Positions 16,668 to 26,796 of a stretch of 27,033 nt of DNA are shown here, one piece after another. The DNA comes from Acidobacteriota bacterium (GTDB lineage Bacteria; Acidobacteriota; Polarisedimenticolia; Gp22-AA2), in NCBI GenBank assembly GCA_036477555.1, contig JAZGDH010000079.1, positions 1-27,033 on the forward strand, given 5' to 3'. Both the position numbers and the translations under genes were made by a program. Every line of letters starts with the position of its first letter. The stretch's first letter is position 1. The notes under the pieces are model-generated. The model searched no databases. It had not been told where the DNA came from and saw only the letters and a list, made by a program, of their open reading frames with translations.

Positions 16668-19379
16668 TCAGTTTTGAGATCGGTGCAGGGGTTTCATGTC
16701 GAGCCAGTTCGGGCCCGCCTTCAGATCGACGACGAGAGGGACGTCGAGGGGCCGAACCTTCGCCATCACCTCGCGTACGGTCGCCGCGATCCCCTCCAGA
16801 TTCCCTTCGGGGACCTCGAGAACAAGTTCGTCGTGCACCTGGAGAATCATCCGGGCCTTCGAGCCGTCCGCGACCAGCCGCCTGTGCAGGGCGACCATTG
16901 CCTCCTTGATGATGTCCGCGGCCGTCCCCTGAATCGTCGTGTTCACCGCAGCCCGAATCGCCTGCTGGCGAGCCACGCGGTTGGCCCCCTTGATCTCCGG
17001 GAAGTAACGGATCCTGCGCAGGAGCGTACGGACGCGGCCCTCGCTCTCCGCAAGCGCCACGGTCGCATCGATGTATGCCTTCACCTTCGGGAAGCGGTCG
17101 AAGTACTCCGCGATGAAACGGGTCGCCTCCTTGAATGGCATCCCCTGCTCCCGGGCCAGCCGGTGTGGCCCCATGCCGTAGATGATGCCGAAATTGACCG
17201 CTTTCGCCCGGCGTCGCATCTCATCGGTGACCAGGTCGCGATGCACCCCGAAGATCTCTGATGCGGTGCGGCGATGAATGTCCTCGCCGTCGTGGAAGGC
17301 GCGCTGCATCGCCTGATCACCGCACAGATGAGCCAGCACGCGGAGCTCGATCTGCGAGTAGTCCGCGGAGAGCAATACACATCCTGGGATGGGGACGAAA
17401 GCCCTCCGGATCTGCCGCCCCTGCTCGGTCCGGATCGGAATGTTCTGAAGATTGGGATCGCTGCTGCTCAGCCGTCCAGTCGCGGCAACGGTCTGGTTGA
17501 ACGTCGAGTGAACGCGTCCGGTGTCGGAGTGGACGAGTCCGGGAAGCGTATCGACATAGGTCGACTTCAGCTTTTGCAGGCTCCGGTACTCCAGGATCTT
17601 CCGTGGGAGTTCATGGGAGAGCGACAGATCCTCGAGGACTTCGACACCTGTCGAGAACGAGCGCGTCTTCTGGGTCTTTTTTCCGGGCCGCAGCCCCAGC
17701 TTCCCGAAAAGCACCTCCCCGAGCTGTTTGGGGGAGTTGATGTTGAACGCACCCCCCGCCAGAGAGTGGATTGCCGCCGTCAGGGTGGCGAGCTCTTCCT
17801 CCCAGCGCCTGGACAGTCCGCCCAGAAAATCACGATCGATGCCGACGCCGTGCAGCTCCATCTCGGCGAGCACGGAGGCGAGCGGCAGCTCGAGATCGAC
17901 GAGCAGTGAGGTCAGACCGTCCGCCTCGAGGCCGGCCTCGAGTCGATCCACGATCGCCATCACGGCGGCTGCGCGCGCGCAGGCGACTGCGGCGACCCGA
18001 TCGACTGCGATCCCGTTGAGAGGCACGGCCCGCGCTCCGGTACCCTGAAGCGACGCAAGGGTCGGAACGCTCAGCCCGGCGATGTCCTGCGCCACCGTCT
18101 CCAGCGTGTGGCTTCGCCGCGACGGATTGAGAAGATAGCTGGCGATCATGGTGTCGAATCCGAACTCGGCCACCCGGATCCCCCTCCGCGTCAGGAGAAC
18201 TCTGTCGCTCTTCACATCGTGCCCCAGGAGCCGCACTTCGCCGGTCAGCAACGGCCCGAGCCGATCGAGCGCCACATTCTCCGGTATTTGTGCTGGGGCG
18301 CCCGGCGCCTGGTGCGCGAGCGGGATGTAACAGGGCTCGGATCCGTCCGGACCCGAGAGAGCGACACCGACGATCCCGGCGCGTACCGGCTCGGCGTGAT
18401 CGCGCAGGACGTGGATGGCGCACGGTCCCCGCCCCGAGAGGCGCTCGATCGCGCCCTCGAGCTCCGCCGTGGTCAGGATGACCGTATGGCCTCCCCCCGA
18501 AGGCACGAGCGGGGCCGTGAACTCGCTGGCCAGCGAATCGAACTCGAGATCCAGAAACAGCGCACGCGCCGCGGAATCGTCGGGGCGCTCCACCAGGAGC
18601 GCCGAAGGCTCGAGCGCTATCGGGACGTCGAGACGAATCGTTGCGAGTTCACGACTTAACCGTGCGGAGTCGGCGTGGTTCTGGAGCCCCTCACGATAGC
18701 TCTTCCGTTGAACCGTGTCTGCCCGGCTCAGCAGGGTTTCGAGATCGCCGTACCGGCGGATCAGATCGCGCGCACCCTTGTCCCCGATGCCCGGGACGCC
18801 CGGGATGTTGTCCGAGGAGTCCCCGGCCAGCGCCAGGACGTCCCGCACCTGCTCCGGACGGACGCCGAAGAGGGTTTCCACACCCTCCTCGTCCAGCAGT
18901 AGATCCTTGATGGGGTTATAGACGAGCACTCCGCCTCCGACCAGCTGAAGGAGATCCTTGTCGGATGCGACGATGACGACCGGCCTTCCCTCGCGTCTGC
19001 CCCGCTCAGCGAGGGTGCCAATCAGGTCGTCGGCCTCGTAGCCGGCCATCTCCACCATCGGCACTCCGAGAACCCGGCAGACCTGCTTGACGTGAGGAAT
19101 CTGGGCCACCAGATCAGCGGGCGGCTCGGGGCGATTGGCCTTGTAGTCGGCATAGGCCTCGTGCCGGAAAGTCGGCCCCGCCAGATCGAATGCGACGGCG
19201 AGCAGACGCGGTTGCCGGTCGCGCAGCAACTTGCGCAGCATCGTCGTGAAGCCGTAAACGGCGTTAGTCGGAACTCCCTTGCTGGTGCGAAGAGCGCGGA
19301 TGGCAAAAAACGCACGAAAGAGATTGCTCGTCCCGTCGACGAGGAACAGGGTGTTCTCCGGGTCCGTGCGGGAGGGCAT
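16668..19379 (-). CDS. polA: DNA polymerase I
   Basis: 5' nuclease motifs (LVDGTSNLFRAFFA, EADDLIG, SDKDL, GDSSDNIPGVPGIG). Polymerase motifs: TGRLSSSDPNLQNIP, DYSQIELR, RRRAKAVNFGIIYG, QVHDEL. GAGGAGG RBS before the ATG at 19379. Confidence 0.98.
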   Translation of the reverse strand: MPSRTDPENTLFLVDGTSNLFRAFFAIRALRTSKGVPTNAVYGFTTMLRKLLRDRQPRLLAVAFDLAGPTFRHEAYADYKANRPEPPADLVAQIPHVKQVCRVLGVPMVEMAGYEADDLIGTLAERGRREGRPVVIVASDKDLLQLVGGGVLVYNPIKDLLLDEEGVETLFGVRPEQVRDVLALAGDSSDNIPGVPGIGDKGARDLIRRYGDLETLLSRADTVQRKSYREGLQNHADSARLSRELATIRLDVPIALEPSALLVERPDDSAARALFLDLEFDSLASEFTAPLVPSGGGHTVILTTAELEGAIERLSGRGPCAIHVLRDHAEPVRAGIVGVALSGPDGSEPCYIPLAHQAPGAPAQIPENVALDRLGPLLTGEVRLLGHDVKSDRVLLTRRGIRVAEFGFDTMIASYLLNPSRRSHTLETVAQDIAGLSVPTLASLQGTGARAVPLNGIAVDRVAAVACARAAAVMAIVDRLEAGLEADGLTSLLVDLELPLASVLAEMELHGVGIDRDFLGGLSRRWEEELATLTAAIHSLAGGAFNINSPKQLGEVLFGKLGLRPGKKTQKTRSFSTGVEVLEDLSLSHELPRKILEYRSLQKLKSTYVDTLPGLVHSDTGRVHSTFNQTVAATGRLSSSDPNLQNIPIRTEQGRQIRRAFVPIPGCVLLSADYSQIELRVLAHLCGDQAMQRAFHDGEDIHRRTASEIFGVHRDLVTDEMRRRAKAVNFGIIYGMGPHRLAREQGMPFKEATRFIAEYFDRFPKVKAYIDATVALAESEGRVRTLLRRIRYFPEIKGANRVARQQAIRAAVNTTIQGTAADIIKEAMVALHRRLVADGSKARMILQVHDELVLEVPEGNLEGIAATVREVMAKVRPLDVPLVVDLKAGPNWLDMKPLHRSQN

Positions 19380-19580
19380 TCCCGGACCTCCTCTTTCAGT
19401 CGAGGCCGACAGCGTGCCCGGCGGCACGTCGCGCTCCCGGCCACGTTCCTGACGCGTCCCCCGGCAGCGCGCAGCATCGTCACTCTGCGTTCAGTAACAC
19501 GGCCCGCTCCGCTGACGACGCACCGCAATCCCCTCAGATCGAAAATCAGGGGCTGCGGTCTCATGACCACGGACCGGTCT

Positions 19581-20870
19581 TCAACCCCTCGGCGCGGTGC
19601 CCGAACCGGGCGTGTCCTGTCGGGATCGGAGCCAGGGATAGAACGGAAACCTGCCGCACAGCTGCCGCACCCGATCGCGGATGTCGGATTCTTTCTTTTC
19701 GTCCGCCTCCCCTTCGAGCGCTTCGAGGATCCACGCCGCGATTCGTCGCATCTCCTCGGGACCCATCCCCCGGGTCGTGACGGTCGGTGTGCCGATTCGG
19801 ACTCCGCTGCAGACCATCGGCTTTTCGGGATCGAACGGTATGGTGTTCTTGTTCAGAACGATTCCGACCCGCTCCAGCCGCCCTTCGACCTCCACACCGG
19901 TCAGCTTCCGCGGTCTGAGATCGACGAGGAAGAGGTGCGTGTCAGTTCCGCCGGAGACGATGCGCAATCCGCCCTGGGTGAGACCGGCGGCGAGGACGGA
20001 AGCATTCTCAATGGTCCGTTGCTGATCGGCTCGGAACGCGTCGCTCATCGCCTCCTTGAAGGCGACGGCCTTGGCCGCGATCATGTGCATCAGGGGCCCT
20101 CCCTGGGTGCCCGGGAACACGGCGCTGTCGATCACCTTCTTGAAGCGGTCCCTGCACAGAATGAGAGCTCCCCTCGGCCCGCGCAACGTCTTGTGCGTGG
20201 TGGTCGTGACGAAGTCGGCATGCGGCACAGGATTCGGATGAAGCCCGGCCGCGATGAGCCCGGCGACATGAGCGATATCGGCGAGCACCAGAGCCTCCAC
20301 CTCATTGGCGATTCGCCTGATCCGCTCGTAATCGATGACCCTCGCGTAGGCGCTGGCGCCGACCACGATCATCTTCGGATGGTGCTCCCGCGCAAGCGCT
20401 TCGAGCGCGTCGTAGTCGAGTTGCTCTGTCTCTCGATTGACCCCGTAGGGCACAACGTGAAAATACCGCCCCGAGAAATTGATCGGATGGCCGTGGGTGA
20501 GATGCCCGCCGTGGGAGAGATCCATACCCATGATGGTGTCGCCCGGCTTGAGTGAAGCGAGGTACACGGACATGTTGGCCTGCGAGCCGGAGTGCGACTG
20601 GACGTTCGCGTGCTCCGCACCGAACAATTTGAGAGCTCGCTCGATCGCTAGTCGCTCGACCGTATCGCTGTGCTCGCAACCGCCGTAGTAACGCCGGCCC
20701 GGATATCCCTCGGCGTACTTGTTGGTGAACACCGAGCCCATCGCTTCGAGAACGGCGCGCGATGCGGAGTTCTCGGACGCGATGAGAACAAGCGTCCCTT
20801 CCTGGCGTTCGACCTCGGCTTTGATGGCGTCCGCGACTTCCGGATCGATTTCTCTCACTGCCTGCAGCAC
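19581..20870 (-). CDS. glyA: Serine hydroxymethyltransferase
   Basis: [41 protein letters not shown] and [18 protein letters not shown] 5 nt before the GTG at 20870. Confidence 0.98.
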   Translation of the reverse strand: MLQAVREIDPEVADAIKAEVERQEGTLVLIASENSASRAVLEAMGSVFTNKYAEGYPGRRYYGGCEHSDTVERLAIERALKLFGAEHANVQSHSGSQANMSVYLASLKPGDTIMGMDLSHGGHLTHGHPINFSGRYFHVVPYGVNRETEQLDYDALEALAREHHPKMIVVGASAYARVIDYERIRRIANEVEALVLADIAHVAGLIAAGLHPNPVPHADFVTTTTHKTLRGPRGALILCRDRFKKVIDSAVFPGTQGGPLMHMIAAKAVAFKEAMSDAFRADQQRTIENASVLAAGLTQGGLRIVSGGTDTHLFLVDLRPRKLTGVEVEGRLERVGIVLNKNTIPFDPEKPMVCSGVRIGTPTVTTRGMGPEEMRRIAAWILEALEGEADEKKESDIRDRVRQLCGRFPFYPWLRSRQDTPGSGTAPRG

Positions 20871-21030
20871 GTCATCCTCCTCATCGGTTCCTCCCTGTCC
20901 AGTGATGCCCGACGACCATTTCGACCGGATCAAACCATATCCCGCATGCTGACGTCGCGCACCCCCGGGAGAGGCGAGAAGACGGCATGCTATCATGCGC
21001 CGCACCAGGCGGCGCGTCGAGGGGACCTGC

Positions 21031-21882
21031 GTGGAATCTCGTGATGACTTGCATTTCGTCGAGCGGGGCGAGAGCAACCGACCGACCCTGCTCTTTCTGC
21101 ATGGGATCACCGGCTCCGGCCGTTACTGGGATCGCAAGGTTCGCGATCTCGCCGCGGACTATCACCTGGTTCTTCCCGATCTTCCGGGATTCGGATTGTC
21201 GCCCAAGCCACATGTCGAGTACACGATGGATCTGTTCCGCGACAGCATTCGGAGCTTCATCGAACGCCGCGGACTGGCAATGCGCCCGCTCGTCATCGTC
21301 GGACACTCGCTCGGCAGCCTGATCGCCCTCGAATATGCGGCCCGGTACGGTGACCACCTGCAGCGCATGATCCTCCTCAGCCTCCCGCGCTTCACCAACC
21401 CTGCGATCGCGCATGAAGTCTTCTGGCGCGGATCGCCTCATTACCGTCGCCTGCTCAACGAGCACTCGTTGAAGGAGACGATCGCGCAGATAAAGCGGAC
21501 CGGCCTGGAACTGACCCTGCGCTACCTGTTCCGTTTTCCATGGACGGTTCTGATCGACAGCCACAAGTTCACCATCAAGTCGCTCACATCCACACTGGAA
21601 CACTGCCTTCTTTCCTATCAGGTGGATCGGGTGCTTCCCTCCGTGCCACCGATTCCCACCCTGCTGATCCACGGAGAGCAGGACTCCGTCGCTCCCCTCG
21701 CCCACATCAGACACCTGCCTGATGACTACCCGCAGATGCGACTACGGACGATCGCGGGGACCGGCCACCACCTGTTCTTGACCCACACGCAGCACAGCCT
21801 GGACCTCATCCATGGCTTTCTCAATGAGACCAGCGCCCACCTACCCAGGGCCCCTGCCCGTGCCGGATTTGAGAAAATTTGA
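21031..21882 (+). CDS. Alpha/beta-fold hydrolase
   Basis: [14 protein letters not shown], nucleophile elbow GHSLG, GEQD (Asp) and GTGHH (His). Start likely the GTG at 21031 after GAGGGG. Confidence 0.88.
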   Translation: MESRDDLHFVERGESNRPTLLFLHGITGSGRYWDRKVRDLAADYHLVLPDLPGFGLSPKPHVEYTMDLFRDSIRSFIERRGLAMRPLVIVGHSLGSLIALEYAARYGDHLQRMILLSLPRFTNPAIAHEVFWRGSPHYRRLLNEHSLKETIAQIKRTGLELTLRYLFRFPWTVLIDSHKFTIKSLTSTLEHCLLSYQVDRVLPSVPPIPTLLIHGEQDSVAPLAHIRHLPDDYPQMRLRTIAGTGHHLFLTHTQHSLDLIHGFLNETSAHLPRAPARAGFEKI

Positions 21883-21960
21883 TTTGGATCGCCCCAAAAA
21901 AGATCAACAATACTACGATAACTTATTTATTATTAAATAGTTACAAATATATTTCAGTAC

Positions 21961-21989
21961 TTGACAGTAATACGCTCATACTTTATAAT
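21961..21989 (+). promoter_or_regulatory. Perfect-consensus sigma70 promoter of the clpB operon with AT-rich upstream region
   Basis: TTGACA (21961-21966), 17 nt spacer, TATAAT (21984-21989), then an AGGAGG RBS before the GTG at 22031. Confidence 0.92.
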
Positions 21990-22030
21990 GCACTATACAT
22001 TAAGTAGAACTTCCAGGAGGATCAGCCCTC

Positions 22031-24667
22031 GTGAAACTCGAAAAAATGACCGTCAAATCGCAGGAGGCTCTCCAGGCCTCCCGGTCGAAAGCGGATGAGC
22101 ACGGGCACCCGGAGATCACGCCCGAACATCTTTTCGACGCCCTGCTCTCCCAGGAGGGAGGGATCGTGCCGATCCTCCTGCACCGGATCGGCGCCGACGT
22201 CGAGGCGTTGAGGCGCACATCCCGCGAGGGACTGGAATCCGCTCCCCGCGTGGAGGGAGGAGCCACGCCACAGATCGGCCGGGCGCTCGTCACGGTCCTC
22301 GAAGCGGCCGAGCGCAGGGCCGAAACCTTTCATGACGACTTCGTCTCTGCCGAGCACCTGCTCCTTGCGCTGATCGAGGGACGCAATCCTGCCGCCGAAC
22401 TGCTGAAGAAAGCCGGCGTTCGACCCGCGCTTCTTCTCGAGGCGTTGAAGTCGATCCGGGGCTCCCAGCGCGTCACGTCTCAGAACCCCGAAAATTCTTT
22501 CCAGGCTCTCGAAAAGTACGCCCGCAATCTCACCGACCTGGCCCGGCGCGGGAAGCTCGATCCGGTGATCGGCCGGGACGAGGAGATCCAGCGGGTCATC
22601 CAGGCGCTCTCACGCCGCACCAAGAACAACCCGGTGTTGATCGGAGAGCCCGGGGTCGGCAAGACGGCAATCGTGGAGGGGCTTGCCCGTCGAATCGTCG
22701 ACGGCGACGTCCCGGAGAGTCTCAAGAGCAAGGAGATCGTCGCCCTCGATCTCGGCGCTCTCATCGCCGGCGCAAAGTACCGCGGAGAGTTCGAAGATCG
22801 ATTGAAAGCTCTTCTTCGGGAGGTCGAGCAGGGAGAAGGCCGGTACGTTCTCTTCATCGATGAGATCCACACCCTGGTCGGGGCCGGCGCGGCCGAGGGG
22901 GCGGTGGACGCCGCCAACATGCTGAAGCCGGCCCTCGCGCGCGGTGATCTGAAATGCGTCGGCGCGACCACACTCAACGAATACCGGAAACATATCGAGA
23001 AGGACGCCGCTCTGGAACGCCGGTTCCAGCCGGTTCTGGTCGGCGAGCCGGGACTCGATGACACGATCGCGATCCTTCGGGGACTCAAGGAACGATACGA
23101 GGTGCACCACGGCGTGAGGATTCAGGATGCCGCCCTGATCGCAGCCGCCACACTTTCCCAGCGCTACATCAGCGATCGTTTCCTGCCCGATAAAGCGATC
23201 GATCTGATGGACGAGGCGGCTTCCCGCCTGCGGATCGAGATCGATTCGATGCCCCGCGACATCGACGTCCTCGCACGTCGTTCGACCCGGCTGGCGATCG
23301 AACAGAAGGCCCTGGAGAAGGAGACGGGCGCCGCGAGCCGCGTGCGACGGACGGAGATACGCGGTGAACTGGCCCACCTGCGTGAAGAGATCAACGGGCT
23401 GAAAGCCCAATGGAGCTCCGAGAAAAGATTCATCGACGAGATCCGCTCGGTGAAGGAACAGATCGAACAATCCCGGACGCAGGCCGAACAGGCGGAGAAA
23501 GAGGGCGATCTCGCCCGCGCCGCGGAGCAGCGTTACGGACATCTCGCGGCGCTCGAGAAGAACCTAGAGGCGACGAACGAGCGCCTGCGCCAGATCCAGG
23601 CCGACGGTCACCCGATGCTGAAGGAAGAGGTCGATGAGGAGGAGATCGCCGCCATCGTCTCTCGCTGGACCGGCATACCGGTGAGCAAGATGCTGGAGGG
23701 AGAGCTCGATCGACTTCTTCACATGGAGAAGCGGCTTGGCCGTCGGGTCGTCGGGCAGGAGGAGGCAGTCGGGTTTGTCAGTAACGCGGTGCGCCGCGCG
23801 CGCGCCGGCCTGGCCGATCCCGATCGCCCTACCGGGTCGTTCCTCTTCATGGGACCGACCGGCGTCGGAAAGACCGAGCTGGCCAAGGCGCTCGCCGAGT
23901 TTCTCTTCGACGACGAACGGGCGATGATTCGTCTCGACATGTCGGAGTACATGGAGAAGCACAGCGTCGCGCGCCTGATCGGCGCCCCCCCCGGTTACGT
24001 GGGACACGACGAGGGCGGCCAGCTGACCGAGGCGATCAGAAGGCGCCCCTACGCGGTTCTCCTGTTCGACGAGATCGAGAAAGCGCATCCGGATGTGTTC
24101 AACGCTCTTCTGCAGATTCTCGACGACGGGAGACTGACCGACGGACGCGGGCGCCTCGTCGATTTCAAGAATACGCTGATCGTCATGACCTCGAACCTCG
24201 CCGGGCCCCTGATCCAGTCCTGGGGCGGGAACGATCGGGATGGACTGCGTGCTCGCGTCGAGGCGGAGCTGAAGGAATCTTTTCGTCCGGAATTTCTCAA
24301 CAGGCTCGATGAAGTGGTCCTGTTCAACCCTCTCGGCCCCGCGGAGCTCCGCCGGGTGGTCGACATCCAGGCGTCCCGCCTGATCCGGCTGATGCGGGAC
24401 CGCGGCATCACGCTGGAGATCACCCCTCGACTGCGTGATCATCTGGCCAAGGTGGGGTACGATCCGGAGTACGGCGCGCGCCCCCTCAAACGGAAGCTGC
24501 AGCGGCTGGTCCTCGATCCGCTGGCGCGGCAGATGCTGGAGGGGCGCTTCCGTCCGGATCGGACGGTCCGTGCCGATCTTGACGACACGGCGGACCAAGT
24601 ATGCTTCGAGATGGTCGCCGCACCTGTGCCGACCACCGAAACCGAGCCGGCCGGCGTGCGTGTCTGA
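22031..24667 (+). CDS. clpB: ATP-dependent disaggregase ClpB
   Basis: Clp-N domain, D1 ([23 protein letters not shown]), coiled-coil M domain (AAEQRYG), D2 ([31 protein letters not shown]). No IGF loop. Confidence 0.97.
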   Translation: MKLEKMTVKSQEALQASRSKADEHGHPEITPEHLFDALLSQEGGIVPILLHRIGADVEALRRTSREGLESAPRVEGGATPQIGRALVTVLEAAERRAETFHDDFVSAEHLLLALIEGRNPAAELLKKAGVRPALLLEALKSIRGSQRVTSQNPENSFQALEKYARNLTDLARRGKLDPVIGRDEEIQRVIQALSRRTKNNPVLIGEPGVGKTAIVEGLARRIVDGDVPESLKSKEIVALDLGALIAGAKYRGEFEDRLKALLREVEQGEGRYVLFIDEIHTLVGAGAAEGAVDAANMLKPALARGDLKCVGATTLNEYRKHIEKDAALERRFQPVLVGEPGLDDTIAILRGLKERYEVHHGVRIQDAALIAAATLSQRYISDRFLPDKAIDLMDEAASRLRIEIDSMPRDIDVLARRSTRLAIEQKALEKETGAASRVRRTEIRGELAHLREEINGLKAQWSSEKRFIDEIRSVKEQIEQSRTQAEQAEKEGDLARAAEQRYGHLAALEKNLEATNERLRQIQADGHPMLKEEVDEEEIAAIVSRWTGIPVSKMLEGELDRLLHMEKRLGRRVVGQEEAVGFVSNAVRRARAGLADPDRPTGSFLFMGPTGVGKTELAKALAEFLFDDERAMIRLDMSEYMEKHSVARLIGAPPGYVGHDEGGQLTEAIRRRPYAVLLFDEIEKAHPDVFNALLQILDDGRLTDGRGRLVDFKNTLIVMTSNLAGPLIQSWGGNDRDGLRARVEAELKESFRPEFLNRLDEVVLFNPLGPAELRRVVDIQASRLIRLMRDRGITLEITPRLRDHLAKVGYDPEYGARPLKRKLQRLVLDPLARQMLEGRFRPDRTVRADLDDTADQVCFEMVAAPVPTTETEPAGVRV

Positions 24668-24730
24668 TACACGCGCAACCGGGCTCTCCGGTCAGCGATC
24701 GAGGACTTCGACGATGCAGGAGGAAGGAAG

Positions 24731-25177
24731 ATGACGATCTCCAGGTGGGATCCCTTTAAAGACATGATGATGATTCAGGAAAGGATGAATCGCCTCTTTC
24801 AGGAGACGATGGCCCGCCAGCGCGGCCAGGACAATCCGGAGGGTGGTGGGTGGGCGCCCGCCGTCGATATTTTCGAGACGGGGGATCAGATCATAGTGCG
24901 CGCCGATCTGCCTGGGATCGAGCAGGACGCCATCGAGATCCGTGTCGATGACGACACCCTCATCATTCGGGGCGAGCGTCCCTTCCCGGAGGACCTGAAG
25001 CGCGAAGATCTGCAGCGATCGGAGCGACCCTTTGGCGCGTTTAACCGCACGTTCAGCCTCCCGAGCAGCGTCGACCAGGGAGGGATAGAGGCGCGTCACA
25101 AACAGGGAGTTCTCGAGGTTGTTCTACCGAAGAGAAAATCGTCGAAGTCCGGAACGATTCGCGTCGAGGTGAAGTGA
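24731..25177 (+). CDS. Small heat-shock protein, Hsp20/alpha-crystallin family
   Basis: RWDPF...MNRLF, WAPAVDIFET, ADLPG, IRGER, ERPFGAFNRTFSLP, GVLEVVLPK. Confidence 0.95.
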   Translation: MTISRWDPFKDMMMIQERMNRLFQETMARQRGQDNPEGGGWAPAVDIFETGDQIIVRADLPGIEQDAIEIRVDDDTLIIRGERPFPEDLKREDLQRSERPFGAFNRTFSLPSSVDQGGIEARHKQGVLEVVLPKRKSSKSGTIRVEVK

Positions 25178-25235
25178 CCTGGAATCTCGGCTTCGACAAC
25201 CCTGCGGGAGTGTCGCGGAACCAGGCGGTGAACCG

Positions 25236-26075
25236 ATGAACATGTTCAAGACGACCATGCTTCTGGCCCTCCTCTCGGGCATCCTGATTGCCATTGGCGG
25301 GGCGACGGGGGGGCGATCCGGTCTCATCCTCGCGCTGGCCCTCGCGGCCGGCATGAACTTTTTCGCCTACTGGTTTTCCGACCGATTCGTTCTGCGGATG
25401 TACCGGGCGATCCCGATGTCCCGCGATCAGTCTCCGGTGCTTTACGACATTCTCGAGCGGCTGACGTCTCGGGCGAATATACCGATGCCGCGAGTCTACC
25501 TGCTGCCGATGGATGCACCGAACGCCTTCGCGACGGGGCGCGATCCCCAGCACGCGGCAGTTGCTGTGACGCACGGGATCCTGAAGCTCCTCAACCCCGA
25601 AGAGCTGGAAGGGGTGCTCGCCCATGAGCTGGCGCACGTCCGTAACCGTGATGTTCTGATATCGTCCGTCGCCGCCACTCTGGGCGCTGCGATCATGGTT
25701 CTCGCACGCCTGACGATGTTCGCTGAGCTTTTCGGCGGCGGGGGCGATGATCGGGGCGGCAGGGGCTCGAATCCTCTCGCGCTGCTCGCGACGATGATAC
25801 TCGCGCCGGTCGCCGCTCTGATGATTCAATTGGCCGTGTCGCGCTCACGTGAGTTCCAGGCCGATGCCTCCGGTGCGGAGTTGGCTCGCAGCCCGCACGG
25901 CCTGGCGAGCGCCCTGCAAAAGCTCGAAGAGTACGGGAAGAGGATTCCGATGCCGGCGAGCCCGGCGACGAGCCACATGTTCATCATGAGGCCACTCAGC
26001 CGCGAGTTACTCGCGGGACTGTTCCGGACACACCCGCCGACCCGGGAACGCGTCCGTCGCCTGCTGGGTCGCTGA
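25236..26075 (+). CDS. htpX: Membrane zinc metalloprotease HtpX (M48)
   Basis: PNAFATGRDP, GVLAHELAHV, SRSREFQAD and THPP, plus transmembrane segments. Confidence 0.95.
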   Translation: MNMFKTTMLLALLSGILIAIGGATGGRSGLILALALAAGMNFFAYWFSDRFVLRMYRAIPMSRDQSPVLYDILERLTSRANIPMPRVYLLPMDAPNAFATGRDPQHAAVAVTHGILKLLNPEELEGVLAHELAHVRNRDVLISSVAATLGAAIMVLARLTMFAELFGGGGDDRGGRGSNPLALLATMILAPVAALMIQLAVSRSREFQADASGAELARSPHGLASALQKLEEYGKRIPMPASPATSHMFIMRPLSRELLAGLFRTHPPTRERVRRLLGR

Positions 26076-26112
26076 GCCTTCAGGGAGACCCGATTCTCAC
26101 ACCAGGATGATG

Positions 26113-26796
26113 ATGAAAGACAAGAGACGGGACGGCAATGACAAAGAGCAGGAACGCGACTCCAGCTTCGCGGTGATCGACCGGCGCTCTTCGTTCGAGG
26201 GTGATACCGAAGGCGCTGCGGAGCCACGGCTCCCGACTTACGTGGAGGAGTTGAAGAAGCGGGCGGAGGAAGCGGAATCGCGCGCCCGGGAAATTTCAGC
26301 CGCGTACCGCAACATCGAGCAGGAGCGCGACGCCTTCCGCGAACGACTGAACCGTGACCTCGAACGCCGCCTGGATATTGCCCGGTCCGATGTCATGCGC
26401 AAGGTGCTCGGCGTGCTGGATGATCTCGACCGCGCCCTGGCCGCACCGGGCGGATGCGGTGATCCTGATGCTCTCGTCGAAGGCGTGACGCTGATCCGCG
26501 ATCATCTTCAGAGGGTTCTCACTTCGGAGGGAGTCGAAATCATCGAGACCGCCGGAAAGCCGTTCGACCCCTCTCACGCCGAGGCGGTCGCCATCGAAGA
26601 GACCGATCAGCCTGAGCGCGACAATTTCGTGGCGGAGGAGTTTCAGAAGGGATACATGCTGGGGGGAACGCTTCTGCGCCCGGCCCGGGTCAAGGTGGCG
26701 CGACGCCCGCGGCAGGATCCTGGCGGAGGTCAGGAGGCGACCTCCCCAACGATTGAGGATATGCCTCCGAAGCGTCCCTTTTCCGATCCGGACTGA
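26113..26796 (+). CDS. grpE: Nucleotide exchange factor GrpE
   Basis: Coiled coil, VLDDLDRAL, GKPFDPSHAEAV and FQKGYMLGGTLLRPARVKV. The third ATG (26113) fits the AGGA RBS best. Confidence 0.93.
   Translation: MKDKRRDGNDKEQERDSSFAVIDRRSSFEGDTEGAAEPRLPTYVEELKKRAEEAESRAREISAAYRNIEQERDAFRERLNRDLERRLDIARSDVMRKVLGVLDDLDRALAAPGGCGDPDALVEGVTLIRDHLQRVLTSEGVEIIETAGKPFDPSHAEAVAIEETDQPERDNFVAEEFQKGYMLGGTLLRPARVKVARRPRQDPGGGQEATSPTIEDMPPKRPFSDPD

Noticed and set aside
19092-20555. 487-aa plus-strand ORF antisense to glyA/polA
   Set aside because: It is a shadow of a conserved GC-biased gene, with no recognisable motifs or RBS. Long antisense frames are expected at this GC content.
20871-21030. Possible ZMP/ZTP or glycine riboswitch upstream of glyA
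   Set aside because: I could not find the conserved sequence blocks of either aptamer by eye. An Rfam/Infernal scan would be decisive.
24668-24730. Possible ROSE or fourU thermometer before hsp20
   Set aside because: There is no U(U/C)GCU or UUUU anti-SD element, and the small hairpin present does not cover the RBS.
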